This document shows, in pieces, positions 1-12,060 of a stretch of 64,000 nucleotides of DNA. Position 1 is the stretch's first letter. Every line of letters starts with the position of its first letter. Source of the stretch: Octopus sinensis (lineage: Eukaryota). Under the pieces are notes generated by a model that made no database searches, was not told where the DNA came from, and saw only the letters and a program-made list of their open reading frames with translations. The translations under genes and the position numbers were made by a program. The DNA is taken from assembly GCF_006345805.1 (NCBI RefSeq), contig NC_042998.1, positions 56,668,001-56,732,000 of the forward strand, written 5' to 3'.

Positions 1-120
1 TTTTATAGATTTTTGCTGTTCCAGTGATGGTCTGGATTTGTAGTCTTCGAATCAGCTTTCTCCTTTCTGATTCTGAGAAGCCTAATTTCTCAAGATTGGT
101 ACTTAGGCAGTGTGTGTGCA
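1..120 (-). mobile_element. RLE-type (R4-like) LINE C-terminal fragment, (ATAC)n-associated family; runs off the window edge
   Basis: The reverse complement (cactgcctaagtaccaatcttgagaaattaggcttctcagaatcagaaaggagaaagctgattcgaagactac) aligns with the C-terminal coding region at 21820-21930 and begins directly after an (ATAC)n tract. Confidence 0.75.
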
Positions 121-185
121 TGTATGTATGTATGTATGTATGTATGTATGTATGTATGTATGTATGTATGTATGTATGTATGCAT

Positions 186-285
186 GTCATTGTTGAGTTT
201 AATTTCAAGATTTCTTACCAATATAGAAAGAGTCGGTTTCTAACCTAGATTCAGGGGTCCTTCATTGAAATTCGACGTGACACAG
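186..285 (-). mobile_element. 3' end of the (ATAC)n-associated RLE LINE
   Basis: The reverse complement ends ...ctaggttagaaaccgactctttctatattggtaagaaatcttgaaattaaactcaacaatgac followed by (atac)n, matching 22230-22309. Confidence 0.75.
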
Positions 286-463
286 AATACGACAAAACTG
301 TCCCTTTGAATTCCAGGTGCATCTCATTTATGTCAGCTGAGTGGACTGGAGCAAAGTGAAATGAAGTGTCTTGCTCAAGCACAAAACGCGCCTTACGATC
401 GTGAACTGAATACCTTAACTTCTAAGCTACACACCTTCATGGGATTAAACAACAATAGTAACA

Positions 464-890
464 GGAGGCGCAATGGCCCAGTGGTCAGGGCAGCGGAATC
501 GCGGTCGTAAGAACGCGGTTTCGATTCCCAGACCGGGTATTATGAGTGTTTATTGAGGCAAAAACACCTAAGCTCCACGCGGCTCCGGCGGGGGTGGTGG
601 TGGTGAACCCTACTGTACTTTTTCACCACAACTTTCTTTCTTCATACTTCTGCCACAAAGCAGAGGAACCGTGGTGTAAGTCACTATGGTGTGGTAAACT
701 TTCAGACCCTAGTCTAGATTGCAAATCCTCTGTACCCCAGGATGGTTCAGCCTTCCACCCGTTTAAGGAATGAGGATAACAACGTAGCTTTCGCGCCCGT
801 GCAACCGCCAGTCTATCGCGTGTGATGGGTGGATCTTCAAGTTGCCGTACGCATTCTTAATAGCTTAGAGCTGGCTCGAATTAGAGATTA
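464..890 (+). mobile_element. tRNA-derived SINE (head type 1, tail A)
   Basis: tRNA-like head ggcgcaatggcccagtggtcagg...ggtttcgattccc with A/B-box-like motifs; a close inverted copy lies at 18277-18725. Confidence 0.85.
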
Positions 891-1445
891 TTCTTTGTGG
901 TTAATGGCGTGAGTCCTGATTGGAAGGAAGAAGATGAAAAGGAAGAAGAAGAAGAAGAAGAAGAAGAAGAAGAAGAAGAAGAAGAAGAAGAAGAAGAAGA
1001 AGAAGACAACAGCAACAACAACTTCAGTAGCAGCAACAACAACAACAAAATTAGTGTGCAAAGAATATCTTAGATTCATTATGTCTAAGACCCCCAGTTT
1101 TTTGCACAAGAAACCAGAGAACAAAGTACGAAGAATGCAGACGATTACATTTGGCATCATCGCAGGCTGCTTCGCGGTTTGCACTCTCTTGCACTGTCTC
1201 CGCGATGAAACAAAGAAACTAAAAATAAAAGACCACCAGGACAGGCGATGGGACACAGTTTGTAGCCAGAGAAAGCTTCAACCCACGCAGTCATCCTCCT
1301 TCTTACCCAAACAACCAGGCATATTTACAATGCCTATAGCACCGTCTAAAGAACATTGTCTCTCCCACTAGGTTCAGATAATCAAAACACACACACACAC
1401 ACACAACACGCACACACACAAATAGCAACAACAACGTTGCCGTCG

Positions 1446-1484
<39 letters not shown>

Positions 1485-1534
1485 CCGCATTGTGCTGGGA
1501 TGTATACCAGCAATGAATGATTAGTATAGTGGAA

Positions 1535-1917
1535 GCACTCCGTCGGTTATGACGATGAGGGTTCCGTTTGATCCGAATCAACGGAACAGCCTGCTCGTGA
1601 AATTAACGTGTAAGTGGCTGAGCACTCCACAGACACGTGCACCCTTAACGTAGTTCTCAGGGATATTCAGCGTGACACAGAGAGTGACAAGGCCGGCCCC
1701 TTGAAATACAGGTACAACAGAAACAGGAAGTAAGAGTGGAGTGAGAGAAAGTTGAGGCGAAAGAGTACAACAGGGGTCGCCACCACCCCCTGCCGGAGCC
1801 TCGTGGAGCTTTAGGTGTTGTCGCTCAATAAACACACACAACGCCCGGTCTGGGAATCGAAACCGCGATCCTCCGACCGCGAGTCCGCTGCCTTAACCAC
1901 TGGGCCATTGCACCTCC
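1535..1917 (-). mobile_element. tRNA-derived SINE (head type 1, tail B)
   Basis: Same tRNA-like head as 464-890 but a different 3' body. Confidence 0.85.
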
Positions 1918-2599
1918 ACGTTTAGTATAGAGGAACCGCAACAGTAGCACCGACCGAATTCATCTAACTTACCTCTGTCAACCACCAGGACGTGCGGGTA
2001 CATAAAAACAAAATAAGAAGGGAGGGAGAAATGCATCCTCTGTAGAAAAGTAAACAATGTGGCTTTCTACTAGTCATACCAAACATTCTTAATTAACAGT
2101 AATTTATCTCTTAGTATCTTCAAATAGAGAGCCTCGCAGTAGATGTTCCAAGTCTGTGCACCGCTGAGTTCAACTTCACTTTTCATCCCTTTCGGGGTCA
2201 ATTAAATGTATCACTCTCATGTAATGGATTGGTAGAGCATCGTTCCAGATGTATTATTTTATTTATTGCGTTTCATTGCTTTCTGAGTTCAAATCCTGCG
2301 CCAGCACGCTAGGGGTGCAGTGTTGGCTTTATATCTCACCCAGTTCAAAGCCACCCTCTCGGGAGCCTTTAGCAGAGTTCAATCTGTTGCAAGTACTCAT
2401 GCTAGACCTCTGGTTTGAAGATACCACTCTTCTCTTCTTCCAGTATTCTCAGGGGTCCTATAAAATGTCTTGGACGTTGCCTCTCCTCTAGACTTAATGT
2501 TAAAAGGAACAAAAATAAAAATCGAGAAACAAAGCAAAAGCCTTGCAGCAATTGTGAGGGATTTTTAAAGAAAATAAAAAGTGGATAATTTTAAGACAT

Positions 2600-2802
2600 T
2601 GGTTTCAAATATTGGCACCGGGTCAGTTATATCAGCGGAGGGGCTAAGTCGATTATATCGACGCCCAGTACCCAACCGGTACTTATTTTATCGATCCTGA
2701 AAGAATGAAAGGCAAAGTCGACCTTGGCGGAATTTGAACTCAGAACGTATGAACGAACAAAAGCATTCTGCTCGGCGTGCTAACGATTCTGCCAGATCAC
2801 CG
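2600..2802 (-). mobile_element. tRNA-derived SINE, family A (core gtcgactttgcctttcatcctttcggggtcgataa)
   Basis: Reverse-complement match to the copies at 6955-7510 and 42318-42547. Confidence 0.8.
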
Positions 2803-3248
2803 GTTATAATTTTAAGACATTAAGACTCAATCTCTCAGGTAAATTGCATGCTTAAAGAGAAAGCCTGATACTTGCAAGATATGGTATGTGGAGCAATAGA
2901 TCTGCATTTCACACCAAGTCGTATATTATACACACCAAGGCCTTTTAAACAAAGGCTGACTCAGTGTTTAGACCAGAACGATGATAAACACTTAACATTG
3001 GCACTTAACATTCAACACGATTGAATAAATTTCAATAAATTCTAGTTCTTTTATTTTCTATAAGGCCCAGAAATTCAAATCTGGTCGAGGTCTGATTTGA
3101 ACTTAGAACATAACTAAAAAGACATGGCTAAGTGCCATAGTAACATTTAGTACTTCACTCCACCGTTTCTGCCACCCACTGCCCTCTCTCTGTCTTCTAA
3201 CAGACACACAGACACACACACAGACACAGACACACATAGACACACACA

Positions 3249-3287
<39 letters not shown>

Positions 3288-3891
3288 ATTATTAACAATC
3301 CCCTGGTTATCATTGCAAACATAAGCTGTTTTGTATCGTAATTTTAAACAGATGAATAAAGAAAGCCTCCATTTACAAAAAAACATGGCAAAGTTGACTA
3401 ATGCTTTGTAAGGTTACAGAAATAAAGCAGATTAGTCATAAGGAGATTGTTTCTTTTTCGTTTTCTTTTTACTTTTCTTTTTATAAACCAAACTAGCTAA
3501 AGGCCAGAAAGTTTCTAAGAAACAATTTCATTGAAATGTGAAAGTGTTTAAACCCCAACCTCTACCCGATATGTCATGTATTAATAATTAACGTGTCTTT
3601 CGCAACAATTCGTAATACTCTCTCTCTTCATTTTTATCTTTCACTCTCTGTCAAGCCAAAATACACACACACATACATGCGTATGTGTGTGTGTATGAAT
3701 GGACACACACTGTAAATTCATAACTTTAAATCTATAACTATTCCGTTCTGCAACCGATTTATTTGCACAATACAGACGTTTATGTATACACATATTTATA
3801 TATACTTATATATACACACATACATGTTTGCATAAAATATTTAAATTGGATTGAATTTATAATTGTTCAATTTATTGTTTTGTCTTTCCAT

Positions 3892-4037
<146 letters not shown>

Positions 4038-4039
4038 TT

Positions 4040-4560
4040 TACCGATGACAAATATTTTGTCCTCATCATGTTTATTGATAACACAACAAATATCCGTCAA
4101 ATGTAAATAATGTAAATAATGTACATAATTCCTATCTCTTAAATATAGAACTGTATTATCCAATCGGTACAGAGCCGACATTAGACTTCAATGGAGACAT
4201 ACAGAGAAAATCCATCAAAAACTAGGTTGTCTTTCAAACCATCTAACTTTCCTGCGTAGATGTAGAGACTCAAAGCTAATACCACCTGGCTTGAATATCA
4301 TGACACCAGTAGATTAATATAAAGCTAGAAGAGTAGCGGAAAGGGCAGGGCATGCCCTTGTCCATGAGAAGATCCATTAATAATTATAATAATAATAATA
4401 ATAATAATAATATCGAAAAATACCTTAGGAAGAACCCAGGTTCGAAATTTTCCCAAGGTACCCGATAAAGGCTGGAGGGTATATTAGCCGAAACGTTGTG
4501 TTAACGACAAACAAGATGAGAACAAATATCCGTCAAATGTAAATAATGTAAATAATGTAA
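4040..4560 (+). mobile_element. Penelope-like terminal repeat remnant with a degenerate hammerhead
   Basis: Hammerhead-like motif at 4457-4502; the block aaatatccgtcaaatgtaaataatgtaaataatgta occurs twice; 4047-4087 is an inverted copy of ~4496-4535. Confidence 0.5.
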
Positions 4561-5084
4561 GAATATTCCGATCACTGCGGAAAACACTGCATTGTTTAAA
4601 CCCGCAGTAATCGACGAGTAAAATCAGCGATTGTTATTTAGACTTTGCAAAATACCATAACTTCAACTTCCAGAAATATGGTATGAAAATAAACCTATGA
4701 ATATTGATATAAATAAAGAAGGAAATAAATGAATTGGATATAGTTTCACGAGTTTATTGACTTACATAAAAAATTAAGTAGTTTTCGTGTGTCTTAAAAA
4801 ATGGTAAAAAAAAAGAGAGAAAATAAGTTTCTTTCAATGTATTTTCTTTCGTTTTGTGCATGGTTCTCTAGCGGCTGACTGTTTATTTTTTTTAACTAGT
4901 CTTCTGAATCGCATCTATCTCTCGTATCTGTATCCATTATCGTCTGCTTTCCGTTTAAGAAAAGTTTAAAATTCAAAAGCCATTGAGTTCTTTCATTGAA
5001 GATTCTCTAGTTTATATCTCAGCTTCATCTATTCAATCTTGGTCACCCTTATTCATATGCACATCACTGCACTCAATTTAAAAG

Positions 5085-5159
<75 letters not shown>

Positions 5160-5621
5160 TAAAAAAAAAGGGTTGACGTAACTCTTCACAAAGGTAAACA
5201 GTTAAGACAAAGAGCGCGATTGGATTGTAAGATATTTTATTAGTTGAACGATATTTCAACAGTACGTCTGTCTTTGTCAAGTTCATCGTTCAACTAACAA
5301 AATATCTTACAATCGAATCGCGCTCTTCGTCTTGACTATTATTATTTTAATTTTTATCATCATCATCATCATCACCACCACCACCCCCACCACCACCACC
5401 ACCCCACCACCACCACCACCCCACCACCATCATCATCATCATCATCATCATCCTCATCATCATCATCATCATCATCATCCATCACCACCACCATCACCAC
5501 CACCACACCACACCACCATACTACCACCACACCACCACCACCACCGCCATCACAATCATCATCATCATCATCCTCACCATCATCATCATCATCATCATCA
5601 TCATTATTATTATTATTATTA

Positions 5622-5658
<37 letters not shown>

Positions 5659-6200
5659 TCGTGCATGCTATCAAAGTGACACTGGGGTAAAATATACGAA
5701 GCCCAGTATACACATTATGACTACCCATCTGATAGGGTACACCAGGCACATGCATCAACAACATATGTGCGTGACATGGTGATTTCATTTCAAGATAAAC
5801 AGCGCATACCTTGCAGGTTGGGCCCAGTTAGAATTTTCATCTGGTCGAGTAGCCCATCCCGCTCAAAAGGTCCCTGAATAAGGGTTGCTTAAGGATGTTG
5901 AACGAAACACCCATGTTTTCAAAGGTGAATTATCCAAACCCAAAAGAAATCCTTTCAACATATGGCTACGATGCTCCTCAACTACTTCTGCTCGTGATCA
6001 GAGATGCACATATCGTCAGCCACTAAGGGACATGCTCAACTGGTTAAGGTCAAACAACCAACAAGCAAATCTGTGGTATTGAGCAGAATATTTGCTGCAG
6101 CCCATCTTTTATACCAAGACAAAACAATTTACATGATAACACTCCCAATCAGTTATGATCAGAAGCCATTGGAGCCACTGCCTGGTACTGCATCAGGCAT
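5659..6200 (-). mobile_element. ~540-bp non-coding element embedded in (TAA)n/(TTA)n, longest copy
   Basis: Flanked on both sides by TTA repeats; homologous partial copies at 28215-28561 and 30209-30650. Orientation is inferred from the truncation pattern and the (AAT)n tail. Confidence 0.75.
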
Positions 6201-6212
6201 TTTATTATATTA

Positions 6213-6278
<66 letters not shown>

Positions 6279-6450
6279 AGCGGTGAGCTGGCAGAATGGT
6301 TAGCACGCTAGGCAACATTCTTAGCGGCATTTCGTCTGTCTTTACGTTCTGAGTTCAAATTCCATCGAGGTCGACTTTGCCTTTCGTCCTTTCGGAGTCG
6401 ATAAAATAAGTACCATTTGAACACTGAAGTCCATGTAGACAACTTACCTT
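6279..6450 (+). mobile_element. SINE family A
   Basis: gcggtgagctggcagaatggttagcacg head plus the family core. Confidence 0.8.
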
Positions 6451-6512
6451 CTCTTGCTGGCCTATTTTCCAGTATTGATTTAGCAATACTGAAGTGATGT
6501 ATTATTTTAAGG

Positions 6513-7610
6513 GAATGCTAATCGTTTTACTCAGCCTCCGTGGTATTGTGCATCAAGAACATGCACTCTAGAGCCAGACCGTCAGTCTATTGCATCGTTT
6601 TGACGCGTTTGAGAGAGAATATTCGGCGAAAGCTACCAGATCTGTTGAGGGCGAAGAACTAAATTCTTCACGACGACTATGTATCCCGTCATCAAGCTCT
6701 CCTCACTCGTGAGTTCCTCGCCGAAAAACAACATGGTATCGCTTCCGTACTTGTCCTGTTCGCCAGATTTAGTACCTGCAGACTTCCATCATTTCCCCAA
6801 GATGAAAATGCTGCTCAAAGGTCGCTGTTTTAACACCGATATCGAAATCCAGATCGATTCGCTTACGGAAAACGACTTCCAGACCCGATTCCAAGAGCGG
6901 CAGGACGGCTAGGACCTGTGAATTGCTGCGCAAGATGACTATTTTGAAGGATATAGCGGCGAGCTGTCAGAAACGTTAGCACGCCGGGCGAAATGCTTAG
7001 CGGTATTTCGTCTGCCGCTACGTTCTGAGTTCAAATTCCGTCGAGGTCGTCTTTGCCTTTCATCCTTTCGAGGTCGACTTAATCCCTTTGTCTGTCTTGT
7101 TTGTCCCCTCTATGTTTAGCCCCTTGTAGGCAATAAAGAAATAGGTATTTCGTCTGTCGTTACGTTCTGAGTTCAAATTTCGCCGAGGTCGACTTTGCCT
7201 TTCATCCTTTCGGGGTTGATAAATGAAGTACCAGTTACGCACTGGGGTCGATGTAATCGACTTAATCTGTTTGTCTGTCCTTGTTTGTCCCTTCTGTGTT
7301 TAGCCCCTTGTGGGTAGTAAAGAAATAGGTATTTCGTCTGTCGTTACGTTCTGAGTTCAAATTTCGCCGAGGTCGACTTTGTCTTTCATGCTTTCGGGGT
7401 CGATAAATTAAGTACCAGTTACGCACTGGGGCCGATGTAATCGACTTAATCCTTTCGTCTGTCCTTGTTTGTCCCCTCTGTGTTTAGCCCCTTGTGGGCA
7501 ATAAAGAAATAAGATGACTATTTCGAAGGAGATGATGTTAAACCTTCGGTAAATAAGTTATTTTTCTTTATTAAACATAACTATTCCTGGAACTTTTTGA
7601 TTCCACCACA
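6513..7610 (+). mobile_element. mariner (DD34D-type) transposase 3' relic with right TIR, interrupted by a SINE trimer
   Basis: Translated ILHDD...SPDLVPADFHHFPKMKMLLKG and DYFEG motifs; the right end ctattcctggaactttttgattccaccacata resembles a mariner TIR. Confidence 0.8.
6955..7510 (+). mobile_element. Head-to-tail trimer of SINE family A flanked by a 23-bp target site duplication
   Basis: Units start at 6955, 7144 and 7328; flanks aagatgactattttgaaggatat (6932-6954) and aagatgactatttcgaaggagat (7511-7533) match at 21/23. Confidence 0.85.
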
Positions 7611-7745
7611 TAAAATAAATGTGATCTTTTCTGTTACTGTCACAGTTTTTGAAATTTTAAGATTTGTTGAAAATTTTTAAACGCTGCATCTAATTTTGCT
7701 ATCCAAATTTTCTTTTTAGAAAAATGTAAGAGAGGTTTAAAGTTT

Positions 7746-8817
7746 GGTAACTTTTACCTAATCAGAAAATAGGATTTGGAAGTGGCAAACTGTTCGTGAT
7801 ATCTATCCATGATAAGGCTTGTAAGAAGTTCTGAAGTTTTAAGAAGTTTTGATGAAAAAAATCGTGAAATGTTGGAACAGGCATGTAAACAATATAAAAA
7901 GGAAAATCGTCAATGAATTTTTTTCTCGAAAAATTGCAAGAATACAAATTGTAAGTTATATTACAAAAATAAAAAAATAAAAAAATAAATAAAAAGAATA
8001 AAAAAGAAGCTATAGTTCAGTTTATATAAACATTTTTTGTAGCAACGCTGTGGTTCACTGTTCTATGTCGAAAACTATAACCATCAATTTCAGGAATGTG
8101 AGAGTACGTCCTCCACTAGTCGTTGAAAATTATGGTTTCTGGAAGAACCAACTGACGTAGGCATTCTTCTAGCGTGTCGCGATTCCGACATGGCATTGCA
8201 TAAAGAAAAATAAAACATATCTACTCTCGTGTCACACTCCTTCGAAAACCCATAGCTCAGGTTGCAGAAACCCTTCCTCGGTTGTAGTTACGTCTCGAGA
8301 AGGCCGTTTCGTCTGTCTCAACAATCTTCTCAAGACCGCCTATCTGAACCGAGTTGTGGAGCAGGTCCTCCGCACATATTTCATGAACATAGCTGTTGTA
8401 ATCAACAGCTGTAGTTCCTCCTCAGTTCTTCAACACAAAACCGGACTGAAGTCAATTCCTTGACCCATGAGTAAAGGAAATAAAGCAGTATAGCCCTGAG
8501 AAGAAGGGGATCATATTTCAACCATGTATCTTTTCTGAGAGACATACACTCATCGCATCCTTTTCAGGAACGCCGCAAGTAAAATTTCCCCGCAAAGCAT
8601 CTCCTTGTTCATATAGTATATTTTTGTACTTAAGTTTCTTTGTGGGATAACAACCTTCTCTTGCAATTAAGAAACCGCATTTCAATTTCTCCATCAAAGA
8701 AAATAGACAGGTAAAGACAATACACGATGCGATGAGTTTTAAGCAGACTCTACCTTGGCTTGTTACTATGGAAACAGGCACCAATATGTCAGTAGCTTTC
8801 GATTGGCTAAAATTACC
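7746..8817 (-). mobile_element. Merlin (IS1016/IS1595-like, ISXO2 DDE) DNA transposon relic
   Basis: Minus-strand translation over ~8044-8410 gives VDYNSYVHEICAEDLLHNSVQIGGLEKIVETDETAFSRRNYNRGRV..WVFEGV..RNRDTLEECLRQLVLPETIIFND*WRTYSHIPEIDGYSFRHRTVNHS. There are degenerate GGTAA-starting TIRs and a 6/8 match between the 8-bp flanks; the ends are less certain than the coding part. Confidence 0.75.
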
Positions 8818-9134
8818 CAAAATTTGCAAAGTTTAAAAACTATTATTTCGTTTTTGGATTTGGTTTGCAAGATTCTTTATGTGAGTTTCTTGTGTTGACT
8901 CTCCCCAGACACAACAAAATAAAAACTATTAACTTTTTATTTATCAATTTATTGCAAGAAATTAATTTCGTTCCCATGATTAGCCTACAAAACTACATCA
9001 CTTACACCAAATTTGAAAGCAACTGGAACGAAATTTAAAGAATTGAAACCTGGAACAGGAATTTACGATAAATGTAATACGATGATTATATTCATGTGGA
9101 ACTGCGGGGTTTAGCTGGTTTGACCTATGAATAA

Positions 9135-9641
9135 ATATGTGTGTGTGTATGTGTGTGTGTGTAGTTGTGTGTAGTTGTGTGTGTGTAGGTGCGTGTGTAT
9201 GTATGCATGCTTGTATGTATGCATGTATGTATATATATGTATGCATGCATGCATGCATGAATGTATGTATTTATGTATGCATGCATGCATGTATGTATCT
9301 AAGTATGTATGCATGCATGCATGTATGTATATATATGTATTCATGCATGCATGAATGTATGTATTTATGTATGCATGCATGCATGTATGTATCTAAGTAT
9401 GTATGCATGCATGAATGCATGCATGCATGAATGCATGCATGCATGAATGCATGCATGCATGAATGCATGCATGCATGAATGCATGCATGCATGTATGTAT
9501 CTATTTATGTATACATGCATGCATGTATGTATATAAGTATGCATGCATGTATGTATGTATGTATGTATGTATGTATGTATGTATCTATTTATGTATGCAT
9601 GCATGCATGTATGTATATAAGTATGCATGCATGCATGTATG

Positions 9642-9673
<32 letters not shown>

Positions 9674-9830
9674 TGCATCCATGCATGTATGTATATAAGT
9701 ATGCATGCATGTATGTATGTATGTATGTATGTATGTATGTATGTATGTATGTATGTATGTATGCATGTATGTATGTATGTATGTATGTATGCAAGCATGC
9801 ATGCACCTATGTATGCATTTATATATGTAT
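9135..9830. repeat. Compound (TG)n/(TATG)n/(CATG)n microsatellite
   Basis: Seen directly. Confidence 0.95.
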
Positions 9831-11887
9831 GAATGTATGCTGTATATTTGTATATAATTCGATCCTCGAAGCACCTTGCGTTCGTCATGGATATGGTGTC
9901 ATTTGTTAAAAGTGCACAACGTCGTGTGTTTTACAGGATGGCTAAGGTGAAGACTAACGCCCATTCCTCCTATTACGACGTACTGTACTCACCACTGTGA
10001 GCGCGGAAAACACGCGTCGGTTTAAACTGTGCTGCCATATTAGCGTTGTTTACAGAGACGACATATGCCATCATGTGATGTCTACCTCCAGCAGAGTAGG
10101 TCTGGTTATGATGTTGCATCGAGCTGATCGAATATCAAACAACTTGAGTGTTTAATGATTCATCCACCTCCACAGACACACACACACACTCACACACACG
10201 CGCGCACTCACACACACACACACATACACACACACCGCACACACTCACACGTACATTCACACACACACAGAGTCGAATATACGCACACTCATACACACAT
10301 AAATACACGCACGAACACTGGCAAACGCATGTACATACGTGTGGAGAAAAGTGCATGACAAGAGCACACTTATATTGCTCAGAAACACCTGAGCTTGAAA
10401 AAGATAAATTAAGTGGACTTCAACGTATATAATGTAGTGAACCAGCAAATTTTAATTAATTAAAATGACACTTTTGGAAATGAGAAATCTTTATCTTATA
10501 ATTAATTATAGTTAAAAAGAAGACAGGGGAAATAACTCCAGTGTTGAATTTAAAATGAATTAATATCAACTTGAAATCTCTTATAGTTGCTGTGTCTTTT
10601 ACCATTGGCAGTCTCACCCCAAGTGAGCGATCTTATATGGTTTGTGAAATCAGCCTTATTATAATATATATTGCTCGCTTGTTAGTGTGTTCGGTTTATG
10701 ATAATAACATCGTGGATTCAGTTCCTCCACAATGAGAAGATTAGGTGCAGCTGTTTGGATGTGGGACAATTTGGCGCGGCTGAGTGGACACCGAACCTGT
10801 TTCAGAGCCGGTACTTTTTGGCACTGGAGGCAAACACACGTACATACACACACGCGCACGTCCGCTCAGAAATATATACATACTGTCAGATAGATAGCTG
10901 GAGATAGATAAATACAGATAGATAGAAATAGAGGGAGAAAGGAAGAGGGTGGGAGAGAGAGGGGAAGCGAGAGAAGTAGAAAGAGAAATATTAAAACGTC
11001 TAATGTTAAATAAATCAGCGCCGAATCAGCGACGCCAAATAGGCTGGTCCAAAACGTCTCATATGAAAATATAGCAGTTGTAGGTGGGCGTAGAATACAG
11101 AAATGAGGGCCAATCAAAAAGAGAAGCATTGATGCTGAACAAGGGAAAAAAGTTGGTTTGAACAAGGAAAAAAGTTGTTTCCGCATTTCTATCCACTTAT
11201 AATAGAATAGCTTAAACGTAATGGTCATATTTATATAATTCTGTATAATTCATCCTGGACCAAGATACACGTTGCATCTTTGGAAAATATCTTTTATTTC
11301 AGCTAATCTACGTAGCTGAATTATTACTATCCAAATACTTGTGTATTGCTGTCTCCTTTCAGCTGTTACATCCAGAGTGTTCCTCGAATCAGAAGTGAAT
11401 GGGAAACATGAAGGTGTTTGTATCTTCTCGTACCAGAGTGAGTGGTGGCTGACTGTGCTACTTCATAGAGCATTTATTGTTATATGTAGGGAGAGATAAG
11501 GATAGAGGTGGTGCGTTGGTGGGGAAGAATGATTGGATGAATCGGGATAACGAGCTCAATACGTGAATATAAACAGTATTAGCTGTGGAGTCAATACAAT
11601 ACCAGGCTGCGCAGTCTACCTGTAATTACCACTTGTAGCTGCGGTAGATTCACGTAAGCAGAGGGAGGAATTCATAGTCAACAAGTATTTCATTAGCTTG
11701 CTGTGCTGAGTTCAAATCTTCATCATATTGATGCCTATAGTTCCCAACCAGAGTGGGTGGGAGGTTGTGGGTAGTTTTTAGTGGAGGAGCAAGGCCTTAG
11801 CGAGTGCGTTTCTTTAATAGTCTAATCACATTTTGAATTGTCTCCATGAATCGAAATGTATTAATTTAAGTTTTTTTGTTTATCATG

Positions 11888-12060
11888 CAGCGAGCTGGCA
11901 GAAATATTAGCATGCCGGGCAAAATGCTTAGCGGCATTTCATCCGTCTTTACGCTCGCAGTTCGAATTCCGTCTTTTATCCTTTCGGGGTCGATAAAATA
12001 ATTAATATTTGAATTCTCAGGTCAATGTAATCACCCTCTTCTCCCAAAATTGCTGGCTTT
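11888..12060 (+). mobile_element. SINE family A (decayed)
   Basis: gcgagctggcagaaatattagcatgccgggcaaaatgcttagcgg head plus the core. Confidence 0.75.

Noticed and set aside
464-545. tRNA gene calls for SINE heads (also ~1840-1917, ~18650-18725, ~50440-50513, ~63411-63485)
   Set aside because: Each continues into a repeated SINE body and does not form a clean cloverleaf with a terminator.
934-1371. 145-aa ORF with a hydrophobic segment (MQTITFGIIAGCFAVCTLLHC)
   Set aside because: It starts in a (GAA)n repeat, has no recognisable domain and no usable splice donor, and its length is compatible with chance.
6955-7510. CRISPR-like repeat array
   Set aside because: The units are whole SINE copies with no unique spacers; the context is eukaryotic and there are no cas genes.
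9937-10110. Candidate small exons on either strand (MAKVKTNAHSSYYDVLYSP on +; MQHHNQTYSAGGRHH...RAHS then gtgagt on -)
   Set aside because: They conflict with each other, show no homology I recognise, and do not join the neighbouring candidates into a long frame.
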